The notes under the pieces are model-generated. The model was not told the DNA's origin and made no database searches. It saw only the letters and a list, made by a program, of their open reading frames with translations. 64,000 nucleotides of DNA from a virus: positions 42,605 to 106,604 of the IMG/VR virus record IMGVR_UViG_3300042882_000890; one strand, given 5' to 3'. Both the position numbers and the translations under genes were made by a program. Positions 61,901-64,000 of the stretch are shown here, piece after piece (positions within the stretch are counted from its first letter, which is position 1; each line of letters starts with the position of its first letter).

Positions 61901-64000
61901 AGTAATCCTGAAGATATTACACTTCTGTCTAAAGATATATCCCCTCTGAATATCTCGTAGCTGACTATTTTTTTTCTATCTTCTGGAGATAAAAGATTGT
62001 TGTCAACAGCTATATCCAAAAAAGTGTTTATGACATTTTCATCTATTGTTATACCCATCGGATAAATAACAGATTCTGAAAATGGTAATTTTTGTTGATT
62101 ATATAAAAAAGGTGCTACTTTATTGTCTGGAAATTTAAAATGTCTTATGTTTCTACAAGTAAAATCAGCAACTTCTTTTGTTGTGTTTTGCCAAGGTTCG
62201 GATTTAAAAATATAATTGCCATCCTCTACACCGTCTGTAAAAACTTCTTTGAACTCTGTTATCGTTTCGTTAGTTAATTTGCTAGATACCCCTTCTATTC
62301 TTTCTTCGCTTATCAGAAGATTAGCTGAGTTATAAAGTTCATTATTGTCTGGGTATGTTTGTTCACTTTCCCAAAAAGCTGGTATTCCTGTTTTGTAAGG
62401 TATTGCTTTACAAGACTGGGCTACTGGTTCTTCAAAAGTACATATTGCTGTGTATAATATTTTTTTACTTAATTTTAAATTACTCCAAGATACAAAAATT
62501 CTACTGTATTCCATATCTCTTTTAGTTAGTGTGTAACAACCCTTTGTTGGGGAATTTACCCACACTGGTACTACATTACTGTTTACACAAGCACCTGACT
62601 CTAGCTCTTTTAGCTGTATTGTTAGTGGAGTATCTACAGCTATCAAATACTTACTATTTGCGAACCATCCTCCAGGTATAAGTGTAGAGGTGCCTTGTAA
62701 GTCTGTTATTAATAAATCTGTTGTGTTTTTTCTTTCAAATAAAAACGTGCCTTGACCAGCAGAGCTTGATAAATCCACGAATTTGGAAAATAAAGCTTGG
62801 GAGTCTGTACATCTTTTGAACAAGCTAAATCTAACAGTTGAGGCTATAGCTATTAAATCATCTCCTTGTGGGTCTATTTGCTTTGATAAATCTATAATAA
62901 ACCTTTCTTTAGTTTCTGTGTTACCTTTGAACCAAAGTGTGTTTTTACTTAATCTTGGATAAAATAATTGTCCTGAAAGATTCCCATTTAGATACGTTGT
63001 TTTATCACTGTACTGTAAGCTATCTGGGGTATTTGTTATCTCTCTAATTAAATTGTTTGCTTGGTCTGCTATATATAAAGTGTTCCAACCACCAAAGTCA
63101 GTATTTGGTACTAGAGCTATATCCACTGGTTCGTTAAATCTTGCTGACCAATCTACTCCATCAATTTCGACACCTGTTCCTACAAGACCTGCTGTGCCAC
63201 CAAGACCTGCTATGGTAGTAACTATTGTTTGTGTAGGATTGTTGTAAAATGATATTTTTCTAATTGCGTGGTTGTATGAATCTGCTACATAAAGGTCTCC
63301 GTTAGAGTCAATTTTTATTCCTATTGGGTTATTAAATCTTGCAACGGTAGAAACTCCGTTTGCATATCCTGGTGAAGGACTTGATGGATTACCTGCAACA
63401 AGAACCAGAGACCCTCCTGTTGCTGGTATTTTAAATATCCTATTGCTACCAGAAGATACAATATAGAGTGTTGAATCGTCTGGGCTAATAGCTATTCCAC
63501 CTAGGTCTCCTAAGCCAGTTGAGGTACCTGAGACAATAGATATGCCTAAAGTAGCCATATTTAATTCTCTTACATCATCAAGAGTTCCAGAAGTATTTGT
63601 AAAATAAATAAATGTGTCATCGGAGTTAATGGTTATACCGTATACATCTGCAAATATTGGGTCAGTTTTGAAAGTACTAACAACACGAGCTGGTGTAATT
63701 TTTCTGATTGCACTATTACCTGTATCAACTACGTAAAGATTGCCTAAAGAGTCAATAGTTATTGCGGATGGGCTATTGAATGTTGCGGCAGTTCCGGTAG
63801 CATTACCAAAGCCAGAAGCACCTGAAGTTGAACCAGCAAAAGTGGTTACTTCACCAGATGGCGTGATTTTTCTAATTGAGTGTGCGACAAAATCAGTTGC
63901 ATAAATATTACCAGATGAGTCTGATATCATACCAAGTAGCGTAGTAAATTCAGCATCAGTACCTTCACCGTCTTCAGTACCGTCCTCTCCAGAACCAGCT
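58957..64000 (-). CDS. tail muzzle / stabilisation protein (crAss-like, P22 gp10-related) with NHL beta-propeller repeats; 5' partial
   Basis: FGGDTFI, DPWLIYRP, GYGGTQ, WVDAKRG, GMRNWF, WTIAFS...WMSFYSFYP and NHL repeats (ARFNNPIGI..D..G.LYVADSYNHAIRKI). The frame stays open to the window edge. Confidence 0.8.
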   Translation of the reverse strand, partial: AGSGEDGTEDGEGTDAEFTTLLGMISDSSGNIYATDFVAHSIRKITPSGEVTTFAGSTSGASGFGNATGTAATFNSPSAITIDSLGNLYVVDTGNSAIRKITPARVVSTFKTDPIFADVYGITINSDDTFIYFTNTSGTLDDVRELNMATLGISIVSGTSTGLGDLGGIAISPDDSTLYIVSSGSNRIFKIPATGGSLVLVAGNPSSPSPGYANGVSTVARFNNPIGIKIDSNGDLYVADSYNHAIRKISFYNNPTQTIVTTIAGLGGTAGLVGTGVEIDGVDWSARFNEPVDIALVPNTDFGGWNTLYIADQANNLIREITNTPDSLQYSDKTTYLNGNLSGQLFYPRLSKNTLWFKGNTETKERFIIDLSKQIDPQGDDLIAIASTVRFSLFKRCTDSQALFSKFVDLSSSAGQGTFLFERKNTTDLLITDLQGTSTLIPGGWFANSKYLIAVDTPLTIQLKELESGACVNSNVVPVWVNSPTKGCYTLTKRDMEYSRIFVSWSNLKLSKKILYTAICTFEEPVAQSCKAIPYKTGIPAFWESEQTYPDNNELYNSANLLISEERIEGVSSKLTNETITEFKEVFTDGVEDGNYIFKSEPWQNTTKEVADFTCRNIRHFKFPDNKVAPFLYNQQKLPFSESVIYPMGITIDENVINTFLDIAVDNNLLSPEDRKKIVSYEIFRGDISLDRSVISSGLLFDMRRYNERGRQVFYSNYPYNTYSKDVLNLDSITTIDSEGVVWGNSNRNYTFHSPETDYGKPTLPSEMSIQGYMFGNSSGYFDEVRQHPRWVILSGSAYNLAASLATLEVIAEIAMSVAESISNTNWVIGFANTVFPGGIVGAALVLVAQTATAIVYKYGRYRYEWLKIFRDLGAPQNFAYYYYSEGFYNYMNTETKRGSNLRALNIAKYLGDGRYNVTNEVTRETFKVNNIDREKTVILSTGKSLVNYPDYYKTHDKNNSSLTTMFLSSLNSIGRSPEIAKDIASPYVALKNYLPSQYNTINSIKWLTTSFVGSLTNINDSCVEVLPIFGGDTFITRHSFKRKIPLFLVTAMKQADLTPFNYFYYSNIGRNPKYYVSYEQNKDFSSSGKAFPDISSDFSFDNRTSSGNYFVPPSKFYLYYYGVPNFLTETRINTNYRYSGKEKRESFYPVCGDLGEWTQESVVPIREPNIFKYNTVYSKSSTFIRSRTLSPTYNKEFDDCVQDMPNGIMASLRDSTENSIYDPWLIYRPLDTFEFPSNYGKLKDIIDVESGAILTRFDNTSVLYNKIDTKIDTGSAITATVLGGNMFFQRASTSFVNAKIGYGGTQNFASISCEAGHFWVDAKRGQVLMVPPNSGGIQEISTSIGNRPSGMRNWFKEHLPFKILKSIPNADIDNPYNGVGITMGWDSRYRRIFITKKDYIPKPCVEFVEGVGYVCVEVTGRGTPEQETVVTPVSVTNTNYFEDVSWTIAFSLNTGSWMSFYSFYPNYYISHNTYFQTGRNNAVDSSELGLWSHLLTNKSYQVFYGKKKSFTVEYPIKAEYTTKRLKGIKLWTEAKRYSNDYDFSVTPDLTFNKSLIYNNVGCSGQLILDIQKPNLANTKNYPKTNQNNTQNILITNKDNFQFTYDYIFNRIKYNTTNIPFLLQDKNQIDKQPNPAVIKFYGINPLKKMEGDWFLNRLTYDADSRFSLTLKFVLNESQNT

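Noticed and set aside
29336-63247. Many plus-strand ORFs of 60-170 aa within the giant genes
   Set aside because: They are antisense shadows of long minus-strand CDSs, with Ser/Leu/Phe-rich composition and no motifs.
1-64000. Stop-codon reassignment as in some crAss-like phages
   Set aside because: Long genes are intact in the standard code, TAG and TGA both end ORFs, and no suppressor tRNA was seen.
1-64000. Prophage or integration module
   Set aside because: No integrase, repressor, att site or host-gene flank in this window.

Overview
A 64-kb segment of an AT-rich, lytic-type dsDNA phage infecting a Bacteroidota (probably Flavobacterium-like) host. The host call rests on 14 copies of the Bacteroidota primary-sigma promoter (TTTG-N19/20-TAnnTTTG). 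The organisation resembles crAss-like podoviruses, but no virion RNA polymerase is recognisable. The plus-strand arm (1-26.9 kb) carries a spanin-like pair, mosaic small genes, a PolB-type 3'-5' exonuclease, a PD-(D/E)XK nuclease and an RNA island. The island holds a ~660-nt ornate ncRNA, a small lipoprotein gene, a tRNA-like RNA with a 4-nt anticodon loop, an HNH gene, a circularly permuted tmRNA and tRNA-CAU. It is followed by NrdB/NrdA, a mini protein kinase, a GH73 hydrolase, dUTPase, a DnaB-like helicase, a dNMP kinase, PolA, an L,D-transpeptidase, a BT4734-like primase, a metallophosphoesterase and a GIY-YIG endonuclease. The minus-strand arm (27-64 kb) carries a muzzle/tail-stabilisation protein with NHL repeats (partial), a multi-domain cell-wall hydrolase and five or six virion cargo/ejection proteins. 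The most notable signals are: (1) the permuted, possibly three-piece tmRNA; (2) three giant cargo proteins whose only four cysteines sit at the two head-to-tail junctions; (3) a 1598-aa bead-string protein punctuated by ~18 xxxGG motifs; (4) a 2584-aa polyvalent effector in the position of the crAss vRNAP; and (5) a large structured ncRNA. All calls come from reading motifs by eye, and no searches were run.
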